DNA of 55,119 nt, the filler included, from Diploschistes diacapsis (lineage: Eukaryota): assembly GCA_023645945.1 (NCBI GenBank). It is 5 parts of 5 records of this genome, joined end to end, with 100 filler letters (N's around TTAATTAATTAA, not from the genome) between each part and the next. Parts side by side here need not be neighbours in the genome. Positions count along the whole stretch, not along the records: positions 11,057 to 22,012 come from JALAIB010000871.1; 4 more parts are not named here. One strand, written 5' to 3'. The translations under genes were made by a program, and so were the position numbers. Position 1 is the stretch's first letter; every line of letters starts with the position of its first letter. The notes beneath the pieces are model-generated. The model had not been told where the DNA came from. It did no database searches and saw only the letters and a program-made list of their open reading frames with translations. Shown in pieces: positions 11,057 to 22,112 of this stretch.

Positions 11057-12262
11057 GTGGGCGAGGGTATGGTGACGCCATGGCGTTAAGTTCGATGGGC
11101 TTCGAGGGTCGTTTTCTAAATGGCATCCTAACAGTGCCCAACGGCTTGTGGTCGCATTCTCTTGTCCGTAGCATCTTCTGTGTCATTGGGAAGCCACGGA
11201 TCAATGTAGGAACTTGCTGCCTAGAAGCGTTCCTGAAGAGGCAGTTGAAGCTGAAGGAGAGCCGGATGCTGACGGTGAGGCCAGGTAACGATTCCTGGCA
11301 TATCGTTAAGACACATTCATGAGTGTTCTAACTCAGGCAACACATTATGCAATGTTGTGGTCCCATGCTGTGGTTAGTAGTACAGACGAGGCTGAGTTGT
11401 AGGCAGATTCGTATCGGCAGCCTGTGCCTCTGAGTCCTGACGATCTCTAATCCTTATCGTGCATGTACTGCATGTACGTACATGCTAGTGAGAGTAATTG
11501 TTCCATACTTGGAGCTTTCACTCAGGGAACTACAACAACAGTGACTCTGGTTCGTCGTGTAAATAATAGCAAGCTTGGGGCACTGCCCTATTCCCGGAGT
11601 GGTGAAGTCGCCGAATTCACAACTCAGGGGAAGCTCGTATTGTGACATTCATTACGTTGGTCTCTCCATTGAGCATGCATTGTTGACCAGGCATATTTGA
11701 GTACACTGGGAAGATTACAGTCTTCAATCTAACATTCGCTTGTAGATATAACTGCTCTGAGTTTAGGGAACCGAGGTCGTGGGCATCAGGTGGGGGAAAA
11801 GGTAAGCACAATACACTTTCAAAGTTTCATTATGCTGCTAAGTTCTATCTACAATACGTTCCCGGCCATGCTCATGCTTTCTATCTCGTGTGAGAATCTG
11901 CGGCGTTCCTCAACTATCTTGGATTACGCCCCTCTGCTACGCTTCGTAGCCCTGGCTAGAAGACGAACACTATGCTGAATGCGCTCCTTTCATCGAATTT
12001 GCTGCAGTTTGCTTTGAATTCGGCCGTTGAATGCTCGTAGCTCGTCGTGCTCATTAAGGTCGTGATGGCCCGAACCAGAATCCCCCATATGCTTTCTTGC
12101 CGCCTGGACCTATTCTAGGAGTAGGACGTCCTTTGACTATGACCGAATTAGAATATTGATACAATAATAATATAACAAATAGCTGTCTGCTAAATAGACA
12201 CCACCAACGAAGCGTCGAGGATGGTCAAGAGTGGCTGAAGCATCCCGTTGTGTTCATGCAGC

Positions 12263-15055
12263 TCAAATCACGCTCTGTCGCCAACGATCAATCATAGCCC
12301 TCTGCTGAGGCTGCAGGTTCGTTTCCTCGGGCATGGGCGGATAGTATGTTTTCCCCTGCCCAATTGCGCCTGGGTAATCGCTAGGAAGCTGCGCGTATGG
12401 GGCCATAGCACGATTCGGATATTGGATCTGTTGAGACGTAGAGTGTGGATAGTGAATGTGTTGAGCCATGGGGTTTGGGTACTGAATAGACTGATAAGGG
12501 CTTTTGGGAACTGATTGATGGTACTGAACAGACTGAGGTTGCACGGGAATCGGTTGGTCAGTCCTGCTTCGCTGCAAAGCCACAGGATGCTGATAGGCTG
12601 TTGGCTGCTGGAAAGTAGAAGCGTGACGGACTTTCGGACCTGCGTTGACTAAATGGCCTGGCCCTGTTCCCGAAGGAAATGTACCAGCCATCTGACGAGG
12701 GCCGACGGGATTCGATTGGAGTAAGCTAGCCATGTTGTGACGATTTCCTATGGGTATAGATCCTGCGTAGGGGTCTTGGCTAGCGCTTTGGCTGCTTGCC
12801 TGCCGAGCTTGTTGTTCAGCTTTCAGTCTTCTCTTCCTGGCCCCAAGGGTCTCTTCTGGGTCTGGAGTCTTGCTTGGGGGTTGCTGCTTGTCTTGCGCCG
12901 TACCGACGCCAAGCTGACTCAACACTTCACTTGCAAAGTCACTATTCAGGGGCCTTGATTGCGCTGGGCCTTGATCTCCTCTCAAGCGACGCTGCATTTG
13001 ACCAAGCGTCTCCCCTTCGTCTTCGATGCGAGGTGCGTTCGATGCCACTTTCGTCATAAGTCCGTAAGAACTGGCTCGCGGCTGACTTTGGACTCTGCCA
13101 CCCTTGTGAGCACCATGAAGCCTCGCTCGGCGTCGACTGAGAGGCTCATTTTCCTCGATGTACTTTTGAGCAAGTAGACCAAGTGGTCTGTCTTCTGGGT
13201 ATCTGCCTATGCTGGGTTCCTGCTGCTGCTTGCTGCTAGGGTACAAAAGACCCAGTGGGGTATCTTCATCGGGATCCTCCTCACCTTCGCCATTTGGATC
13301 TTCCCATACGAGTGAGATTTGCTTCTGCTTCCTAGCCTGTTTTTGAACTTGTGCAACGGCGTCGAGTTGAAGCAGAGTCGAGTGCATGCCATGGGGGAAA
13401 GCGGTTGCTGCGGTGCGATTTCGTTGCTTTTGTTGAGCCTTTCGGATCTGTAGTTCTGCAAGTAGAGTGGATGGTCGTTGGGTTGGGACATAATCCTCGT
13501 CCTCTTCTAGATTTACCTCTGCTTCTGGTTCAGCAGCAGCATCATCATCCTCGTCTGCGTTCTCTTCAACTGCTTGCTCGGCCTCAGTCATTCTAAGCCC
13601 TCTAAGTTTGGCGCCAAAGGCGAAGAACGAACTGGCCCTTCTTTTGGCTTTCGGCTTCGCGGGTGAAGGCTGAGCAGGGCCCGCATGCTTATCGCTTGAA
13701 TAGATTTCACCCCCTTCCTGTCCAGCCATCGGATGATCGGTGAAGGCAGCCACAGGAGCATGCGCAGAAGCATCAAGAATGCTGTCTAATGTGCGAACAG
13801 CAGACCCGTCTATGATCTCGATATCGTGATGGATAGACGGTTGGTCGAAATACGTGCTTGCGCGCAACTGTGAAGGCACATTGCTGGCTCTTTTGCGTGT
13901 GAAGTTCTCTATTGCTTCCTCTGGATCGTTAGACTCTAGAAGATCTGGGGCCGATTGGCTGGCTTGCGCTTCGCTCCGGAAAATCTCTGATCTGCGTTTA
14001 TCGAGTTGTGCGGCAGATGGTCCTTTGGAAAGCTTAGCGGGAAGATTCAGCATCATTGGCACAGGCGCTGGATAGTAGATCATATTTTCATGATCCGGTG
14101 GCATGTACGTAACGACAGGTTCTCCATCGTCTGGAGGAACTAGGGAAGCTTCGGGATCCAGTAAACCATAGCTTTCGTCTTCAACTTCAGGAGTATCCGA
14201 ATCGATGTGTACGCCATCAAAGTCCGCAAATGCGTCATGGGCACGCTGAAACGTGTCGCCCGAAGCAGCACTGTTTGACCTATCCAGCTTCTCATCCTGT
14301 AGTGGTGCTTTCAGATGTTGCGACTTGCCCTTGTCTTCCCGGTCTTGCCGATCTTGCTCTGTGGAATTCCGTACCCGTAAAATTTTTGATTCCGGCGATG
14401 GCGGAAAGTCGAGTGGTCGGCCCTCTATTGCAGGCTCGGCTGCTCTCGACGCGCTGGAAGCGTGATCCATCATTTGCACTGAACTTGGACTTTTTGCGCT
14501 TTGTATAGACCACGGCGACATGACCGAATTACTCGGTGAGGCAACATAAGCCTCGGGAGAGAAACCCCTGGAGTGTGCGACGCTGTTGACGTTGACAATC
14601 GAACTCGGATGAGACGTGGTTGAATACTGTCTGGCCACTTGCACTGAGGACCTTTGGCTGTCGGCGAGCTTCTGTCTGTCATGCAATTTCTTCACTTCCT
14701 CTCCAATATCTGAGCTCACACTTATGCGTTCCGCACTTTGTTCAAGGCGCTCGATGTTGGCGATGTTAGTGGAAGTTCGCGAGCCTGGGGTAGGCTGGCT
14801 GAAATCGGTAGCTTCTGGACGTGATACAGTTCGGACACGATTGCCATAGTGAAGGGAAGGACGTGATCCACGACGAGAACGAGACCAGTCGTCATGATCT
14901 GAAGAGCTAATGTGAGAATCTGGATCAATCCAGGAACCGGTCAAAGGACCACTGTCAGAACCCGGATCAAGCCCTTCGTGTTCGAGGACGTCGTATTCGG
15001 AGGACTCCACTGGTTGGTAGCGACTACTACTCGAGATGTTTCTCGAGCGTAGCAT
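12263..15055 (-). CDS. Conserved Pezizomycotina hypothetical protein, largely disordered (930 aa)
   Basis: Long intronless ORF with ordered islands YYPAPVPMMLNLP, TLLAELQIRKAQQKQRNRTAATAFP, IDRWRQSV. Confidence 0.85.
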   Translation of the reverse strand: MLRSRNISSSSRYQPVESSEYDVLEHEGLDPGSDSGPLTGSWIDPDSHISSSDHDDWSRSRRGSRPSLHYGNRVRTVSRPEATDFSQPTPGSRTSTNIANIERLEQSAERISVSSDIGEEVKKLHDRQKLADSQRSSVQVARQYSTTSHPSSIVNVNSVAHSRGFSPEAYVASPSNSVMSPWSIQSAKSPSSVQMMDHASSASRAAEPAIEGRPLDFPPSPESKILRVRNSTEQDRQDREDKGKSQHLKAPLQDEKLDRSNSAASGDTFQRAHDAFADFDGVHIDSDTPEVEDESYGLLDPEASLVPPDDGEPVVTYMPPDHENMIYYPAPVPMMLNLPAKLSKGPSAAQLDKRRSEIFRSEAQASQSAPDLLESNDPEEAIENFTRKRASNVPSQLRASTYFDQPSIHHDIEIIDGSAVRTLDSILDASAHAPVAAFTDHPMAGQEGGEIYSSDKHAGPAQPSPAKPKAKRRASSFFAFGAKLRGLRMTEAEQAVEENADEDDDAAAEPEAEVNLEEDEDYVPTQRPSTLLAELQIRKAQQKQRNRTAATAFPHGMHSTLLQLDAVAQVQKQARKQKQISLVWEDPNGEGEEDPDEDTPLGLLYPSSKQQQEPSIGRYPEDRPLGLLAQKYIEENEPLSRRRARLHGAHKGGRVQSQPRASSYGLMTKVASNAPRIEDEGETLGQMQRRLRGDQGPAQSRPLNSDFASEVLSQLGVGTAQDKQQPPSKTPDPEETLGARKRRLKAEQQARQASSQSASQDPYAGSIPIGNRHNMASLLQSNPVGPRQMAGTFPSGTGPGHLVNAGPKVRHASTFQQPTAYQHPVALQRSRTDQPIPVQPQSVQYHQSVPKSPYQSIQYPNPMAQHIHYPHSTSQQIQYPNRAMAPYAQLPSDYPGAIGQGKTYYPPMPEETNLQPQQRAMIDRWRQSVI

Positions 15056-15449
15056 ATCGGGCTTATCTCATACGAGGATAGAGTTAATGACAGAAAAGGA
15101 GGGAAAAGAAAAGAAAAGATGGAAAAGAAGGCGTGTATTAGTGTCGTGTGCTGCTTGGGAGCTCCCACAAGGTGACTAGTTAGTACGGCCTCCCTCCCTT
15201 GTAGCTTGCCAAGGCGCTTACCGAACTTGTCAAACTTGCTTTTCTGAGACAGCTGAGGAAGGTCCGTGCATCGGGGCTGTCAGAGATATCCCTGGCATAG
15301 TCAGCACTGACTCAGCCAAACAGAGCATAACTTAGCAAATACTACCACTGCGCGTTAGACGTCTTTGCATCATGTCGGGAAATATGCGAAGCCTAACCCA
15401 CTCATGACCTTAACCCTCCCGTCCGTTGTCATACACATTTTGTCTATCC

Positions 15450-17762
15450 ATGTCGGACTCTGAGGATGAGCGCCCCTCCTTTGGCGGAGGTGGCATTGAG
15501 GCTGGTTTCACATCGGGTCTTAATCTTGGCCGAAGGAAGTTCGATGATAGTGAAGACAGCGAGGGAGAAGAGCAGCCTAGCAAGAAAGTGAAGTTCAATC
15601 AGTTCCGTCAGACAAAGCCAGTCATGGCCAGAAATGGTGCTGCGCCGGCTGTCAGCAAGCCTGGCTCCTTCGCTGCTAGGATGATGGCACAAATGGGGTA
15701 CAAAGAAGGTCTAGGCCTTGGGAAGGAGGGACGCGGAAGGCTGGCACCCATTGAGACTCAGCTCCGGCCACAAAATGCTGGTCTTGGTGCAGTCAAGGAG
15801 AAGACTAAGCAGGCTAAACAGGAAGAAAAGAGAGAGGCGGAGTTTAGAGGGGAAGTAATTGAAGACTCGTCGGAAGAAGAGCGTAAGAAGAAAAAGGAGC
15901 GCAGAGCGCAGCGGTTAGCATGGCGTGGTACGAGCACACTAAAACCAAGGCCGAAGATCAAGTATCGAACAGCGACGGAAATCGAGCAGGATGCCGGTGG
16001 GCTTCTTCAGGTGCCTGATACTTTAAAGTCGTTGATTGACGTTACGGGTAAAGAGACGCAATTACTCAGCGCTACCGGGTTTTTGGTACCCAGTGAGACG
16101 GAGGAAGTCAAGATTGCAAAACGAGCACACAGGGAGCTAGAAGCATTCGTAGATGAATGGAGCGCTCTTCAGGATCGCAAACGCTACTATGAGCTTGAGT
16201 TCAGTCATACCTTAACTGAAAGTGACAATCAGGAGATTGAAATGGAAGACTTGCGCAAGGCTCTGGAAGACGTGCAACAGCTACAGCAACTTGGTGTCCA
16301 AAGCAGTGATAGCCCGTCTTGGGACGCAATAATCAAGAGGATGGAGAACATGGAAGTTCTTTTGAAGGACACAAAGGGGGACGTGAAATCGACCCTAAAC
16401 TTGGAGGAGATCGCGGTCTCTACCATTCATCCAATGTTTCGTCAGGCGATGCACACCTGGGAACCGCTGGAGGAGCCCACTTACCTGGTGTCCTACCTAG
16501 AAAGTATGAAGCATGTTTTGGCCATCCAATCAGGCGCAGAAGATACTGCCTTGATAGTACAGAATCGTGAATACTCATCTCGACGGGACCGAAAGACTAC
16601 TTCCTTCTACGAGACCATGATCTACACGCTTTGGTTACCGCCAGTCCGCAATGCCATTGTCAACACCTGGAATGTCGAGGATCCTATTCCTCTTAGCACC
16701 CTTATCGACACCTGGCAGCCTCTACTACCTCCTTTTGTTCTTTCCAACATCATTGACCAGCTCCTCCTTCCACGCCTCTCCGTCGCCCTATCCGAGTGGA
16801 AACCCCGGCGCTCAAGCAAAAGCCAGCGTCGCAGCCACAGTCAACCGCCACATATCTGGCTATTTCCTTGGCTACAGTACCTACCACCTCACCACCTCGA
16901 CCCGACTGCCTCATCTGGCCTCATCGCCTCGGCCAAACGTAAGCTCCGCTCCATCCTCTCCTCCTACGACATCACTCATGGGCCCCCACCTTGGCTTCCA
17001 CCCTGGCAGCCCCTCCTCAAATCCACATACAGTACTCTCCTAACCTCACACCTTTTACCACGTCTCGCGAATTTCCTCTCACAGAACCTAGTCATTGACC
17101 CTTCAGACCAAGACCTCATCCCCCTAACCACTGTTTTCGCCTACCTACCTCTCTTTAAGCCTGACACGTTCGCACATCTCCTTACCGCACACTTCTTCCC
17201 CAAATTCCATTCTGTCCTCCACCAATGGCTTACAGACGAAGCCGCCTCCTATGATGAGATCGGGCAATGGTTTCAGTGGTGGAAGGAGCAGATCCCTGCT
17301 TCTATTCGCGACCTGCCACCCGTCCAAGCCGAGTGGAACCGCGTCATCGAAACGATGGCACTGGCTCTCGATCTAGGGGACCGCGTTGCTACGGAACTTC
17401 CGGCGCCTCTGCCTCCGCCTTCAGACATCAGCCTGGCAACAGCGGAGGGTACCAAGCTCCCGACACTTGCCACCACTGATCTCCCTGCAGCTGCAGGTGG
17501 TAGAGCGTCGCTGGAGCAATCTTTCAAAGACATAGTAGAGGGCTGGTGCGAGGAAGAAGGGCTGCTACTGATCCCACTACGGCAGGCGCATGAGACCACG
17601 GGTCTGCCGCTTTCTAGACTTACGGCTAGCGCGACTGGGAAAGGAGGGTTATTGGTGTTCATAAAGGGTGATGTGCTATTTATTAGGGAGAAGAAAGGTG
17701 GGCAGGAGTTGTGGGAGCCGAAGGAGCTAGGAGAGGCGTTGGTGCGGATGGCCGGTGGTTGA
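15450..17762 (+). CDS. TFIP11: G-patch/GCFC spliceosome disassembly factor (TFIP11/Ntr1/Spp382 family)
   Basis: G-patch SFAARMMAQMGYKEGLGLGKEGRGRLAPIETQLRPQNAGLGA; PPHIWLFPWL; FFPKFHSVLHQWL...WFQWWK. Confidence 0.9.
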   Translation: MSDSEDERPSFGGGGIEAGFTSGLNLGRRKFDDSEDSEGEEQPSKKVKFNQFRQTKPVMARNGAAPAVSKPGSFAARMMAQMGYKEGLGLGKEGRGRLAPIETQLRPQNAGLGAVKEKTKQAKQEEKREAEFRGEVIEDSSEEERKKKKERRAQRLAWRGTSTLKPRPKIKYRTATEIEQDAGGLLQVPDTLKSLIDVTGKETQLLSATGFLVPSETEEVKIAKRAHRELEAFVDEWSALQDRKRYYELEFSHTLTESDNQEIEMEDLRKALEDVQQLQQLGVQSSDSPSWDAIIKRMENMEVLLKDTKGDVKSTLNLEEIAVSTIHPMFRQAMHTWEPLEEPTYLVSYLESMKHVLAIQSGAEDTALIVQNREYSSRRDRKTTSFYETMIYTLWLPPVRNAIVNTWNVEDPIPLSTLIDTWQPLLPPFVLSNIIDQLLLPRLSVALSEWKPRRSSKSQRRSHSQPPHIWLFPWLQYLPPHHLDPTASSGLIASAKRKLRSILSSYDITHGPPPWLPPWQPLLKSTYSTLLTSHLLPRLANFLSQNLVIDPSDQDLIPLTTVFAYLPLFKPDTFAHLLTAHFFPKFHSVLHQWLTDEAASYDEIGQWFQWWKEQIPASIRDLPPVQAEWNRVIETMALALDLGDRVATELPAPLPPPSDISLATAEGTKLPTLATTDLPAAAGGRASLEQSFKDIVEGWCEEEGLLLIPLRQAHETTGLPLSRLTASATGKGGLLVFIKGDVLFIREKKGGQELWEPKELGEALVRMAGG

Positions 17763-18583
17763 CGGAAAGCTGGGAGCCTCAAGCATTACTAGAGTTGGGA
17801 AGATGGAATCAAACAGAACAGCAAGATACCCCTTTATGTAATTAACAGACGACTCTAGACTTTAGTCAAGTCTATCCAGCGTGCTTGATTTCTCCAAGTG
17901 TCTCCCATGTACAAAGCATTGCCATATCAGATAGATGGCGAATCTCAGGTATAGATCTAGTCTGGTGACACTACTTTCCAACCATGTAACCGGTAAAGAC
18001 CTGATGTAAAGCAGCTATCGGTAGGGATATTATCCTTGAATAGGTGTCGTTAAAGAAAGCAATAGCGCGCCCCCTAAGCGGTTGGATTGCTCTCTCAGGC
18101 CCGTTGGCTAATATTTGTGCATTATCACTTCAATTTTTTTTTGATAGGAGCCCTTTGAAACAGATAAATACCCAGTATATGCAACAGCGAAGAATCAAGT
18201 TGTCGATGAACAAAATGCCTAACCATCATGTAAAAGAATGCTGATAGAGTAAATCGTTCAGCCCTATCTATATACGGAACCACATAGGCCCGACACCACA
18301 GCCGTAATCCCCGGACGGACCGACCAGAAGTCTAACATCGCATCATTGTTCAGAACTTTCAAACTGTTAAGTGCCACCCTCGAGCATCTTCGATCCATTA
18401 CATCTAGCCACTGCGGCCTTTCATTCTTTATTTCTTGGGAGCGACATGGATACTTTAGCAACTACTTGAATCATCTTCTTTCCTGAGAACCTGATCTTTC
18501 AGCACGTTTACTGCATTTCTGATACGTATTGCCGCTGCTCAATACTTTCGGTTCGCCCGTTTGGGCGTTGACCTGAAGGCAGC

Positions 18584-20881
18584 ATGGCCACTAATCCTCT
18601 CAGAATTTTGCCATTTAGGTCCTCTCATCTCTCTCTACGGCCCTTGTTTCGCGGTTCTACAAAAAGCTCAAATATTATACGGCCCATATCGACATTACGC
18701 GTAAATCCAACTCTACCCCCCTTCAGCCTGCGTTCCTCGTTTCTCCGGCCACAGAGTCTCAACCAGCAACCGCAACAATGCCGGACTGTCTATGGTGGCA
18801 GTTCGCAGAACCTGCTCGCACATATGGAGCAGACCGCAAACAACAATCCAACAAGTGCAACGGCGCAGAATGCTCTCTACTCGGCATTGCTACGAGCCAA
18901 CATGCCTGCTATTGTGGTGGAAAGATATCAAACCGGTAGATACGCTACGAATGCTGCGGCTCAGGCTACATATGTGAAAGCATTGGAGAGAATCGGTCAA
19001 ACTGATGCTGCCGGTAGTATCAATGCTGGTGGGATCCCACAAGGCGCAGGCACTCAGTCGACACTTTCCAACGAGCAGCTACAGGCTATTGGACAAGCTA
19101 TTGCAGCGAAATCACATGGTGGGACTGTCGCTGTTAATCGTCCGAGGTCAGAGTCGGTAGGCGCTGGTGCCGGCGGAAAGGAAGCTCCTCTCTACGTGGT
19201 AGTAGATGAGTCGCGTGGTGCAGCAATCTTCCGATGGATCAAATTCATTGTAACGTTTGCTTTTGTGGCTTGGATTTCTATGGTATTTGTCATGCTCTTC
19301 GTTGAGACGACTGGCGTCCTTAAGCGTGTAAGTGGCATTCAGAATAATGAGGCCCAACCTCAGCAACAGAAAGCACGATTCTCGGATGTTCACGGTTGTG
19401 ATGAGGCCAAAGAAGAATTACAAGAGCTAGTCGAATTTCTCAAGGATCCTAGCAAATTTTCAAATCTCGGTGGCAAACTTCCGAAAGGCATCCTTTTGGT
19501 CGGACCTCCCGGAACCGGCAAGACACTGTTGGCTCGAGCCGTGGCTGGCGAGGCTGGAGTCCCCTTCTTCTTCATGTCAGGATCTGAATTTGACGAAGTA
19601 TACGTCGGAGTAGGAGCGAAGCGTATTCGAGAGCTGTTCAACTCTGCCCGCGCCAAGGCCCCTGCGATCATTTTCATTGACGAACTCGACGCTGTTGGAG
19701 GCAAGCGTAACGAACGGGACGCAGCTTATGTGAAACAGACGTTGAACCAACTGCTCACAGAACTCGACGGCTTTACACAGGAGACTGGTGTCATCATCAT
19801 TGGTGCAACCAACTTCCCTCAATCACTCGACAAAGCTTTGACCAGACCGGGGCGGTTTGATCGTCATGTTGTAGTACCCCTGCCGGATGTCAGAGGTCGC
19901 GTGCAGATTATCAAGCACCACCTGAAGAACGTCAAAGTCGAGGCTGAGGTGGATCCTTCGACGATTGCTCGCCAGACTCCTGGCTTCTCTGGAGCCGAGC
20001 TCGAGAACCTTATAAATCAGGCAGCTGTTCATGCTAGCCGGAACAAGCAGAAGACTGTTACTCTTCTTGACTTCGACTGGGCCCGAGATAAGATCATGAT
20101 GGGCGCCGAGAGGCGAAGTGCCGTCATTCAGGAGAAAGACCGGATTATGACAGCGTACCATGAAGGCGGCCACGCCCTGGTCGCTCTGTTCACTGCTGGA
20201 GCAGATCCGCTGTACAAGGCGACAATAATGCCCCGAGGTCAAGCGCTAGGTATCACGACCATGCTTCCAGAGATGGACGAAGTCTCAAGATCTAAGAAGC
20301 AATACCTCGCCACAATCGACGTTTGCATGGGTGGCAAAGTCGCTGAGGAGCTTATTTACGGAGATGAGAATGTTACGAGCGGAGCATCAAGTGTAAGTAC
20401 CGGATCAACATCTACTTCTCAACGGACACGCTAATTCCGTACCTAGGATATTTCCAACGCAACAAGTATCGCCTATGCAATGGTCACTCAAATGGGCTTC
20501 TCCGAACTCCTCGGCGACGTCGAGCTCGATAGTAGGTACAACCGTCTCTCCTCGGAGACAAAACAGAAGATAGAGAACGAGGTCCGACGTATCGTCGACG
20601 AAGCGCGGCGGAGAGTCACCACCCTTTTGACAGCCAAGAGGAAGGAGCTTGACCTTGTCGCCAAAGCGCTCGTCGAGTACGAGGTTCTAAGCTTGGACGA
20701 GATGCAGAAGGTGCTGAAGGGAGAGAAGCTGCCGAAGCTCAGTGCGGAGCCGAACACGAATACGCCAATCAAGTTACCTGACCTGAAGCTGCCGCCAGGA
20801 TTGGGCGGACAGGTGGCCGGGGGCCAGTCATCTGGCGGCGGAGGGGACACACAGGGCAAGGGTGAGGATGCAAGGATATGA
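18584..20881 (+). CDS. YME1: Mitochondrial i-AAA protease Yme1 (intron 20393-20446)
   Basis: Single TM, FSDVHGCDEAKEEL, Walker A GPPGTGKT, Walker B IFIDELD, RPGRFD, M41 zinc motif HEGGH. Confidence 0.96.
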
Positions 20882-21498
20882 GTGCTGGCGTTTAGCGGTA
20901 TTGCATCATGGGAATCAATAGTAGTCTCTTTTCTATTTTTGTTTGATGGCATACCTAGCGGCTTTGATAACCCCGGTAGTTTCGGGCTGGTTGCAGTCGG
21001 CAAGTAGGAAACGTTTGAATCTCTCACCCATACTCACTCATACAACAACATAAAAGGCTGTCTCACAGAGTGACTTGGCATCTTTGTACTTTTCGAGTAA
21101 GGCCCCTTCAGACTGAACCTGTCATGCTAATCGCAAAGTCCAAGTTTTGGCGTGGTGATAGCTCTATTAATCACCCGAACACTTTCAGCGGTCCCTCCCA
21201 AGTGGCCGTATGCAATCTTTTGAATCTATGTCATTGAAATCGGCGAAACTCGATGAAAAATGCATCATCATCGATGTGCCGGTGAACAGTGGAAAGTACG
21301 TAGGTAGTTTTATATGGAAGTCCCGATGCTTGCCGAAATGGGCCTTCTTGGTCCGCATGCCTCCCATGATGTTTATTTGCTTCTACACTAATCAACCAAG
21401 TAATTCCCCCCTTCTTTTCACACCCCTTCGGAACCGAAAACGATGCGGGTTCTTTGCAGTTGGCTGCTTTGAGTATCACCTTGACCCAAAGGGCGAAT

Positions 21499-22012
21499 AT
21501 GCCAGAGTCGATCCTGGACGAGATCTCGCACCGGCGCTTCAACCCACTGCGGGGCAGCTGGATCCTGGTGTCTCCGCACCGCACGAAGCGACCATGGCAG
21601 TAAAAACCACTTGCAGCGTTTTGCCCCCGTCTTTTGAATTTGCCCGTTAACGGACAGACAGAGGCCAGCAAGAGGCGCCCAGCAAAACAACTCTCCCCCA
21701 GCATGACCCGTCCTGCTACCTCTGTCCCGGCAACACGCGCGCCGGCGGCGCCCAGAACCCGCCGTACACCTCGACTTTCGTCTTCGTCAACGACTACAGC
21801 GCGGTCAAAGAAAGCCAAGAAGCCTACGCGCCGCCTTCCTCGGAGCTCTTCCTCCGCGCCGAGCCCGTGACGGGGAAATGCTACGTCCTGACCTTTTCGC
21901 CCGCGCACAACCTCACCCTCGCGGACCTCAGCCCGCAAGAGATCCTGCCCATCGTCCACGCCTGGACCTCCATCTACGCGGCGCACCTCGACCCCCGATC
22001 CCCCCTCGCCAA
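21499..22012 (+). CDS. GAL7: Galactose-1-phosphate uridylyltransferase, 5' part (truncated by gap; intron 21600-21661)
   Basis: [29 protein letters not shown]...[12 protein letters not shown]...[10 protein letters not shown]...[14 protein letters not shown]. Confidence 0.95.
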
Positions 22013-22112
22013 NNNNNNNNNNNNNNNNNNNNNNNNNNNNNNNNNNNNNNNNNNNNTTAATTAATTAANNNNNNNNNNNNNNNNNNNNNNNNNNNNNNNN
22101 NNNNNNNNNNNN
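22013..22112. other. Artificial contig linker
   Basis: N44-TTAATTAATTAA-N44. Confidence 0.99.
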
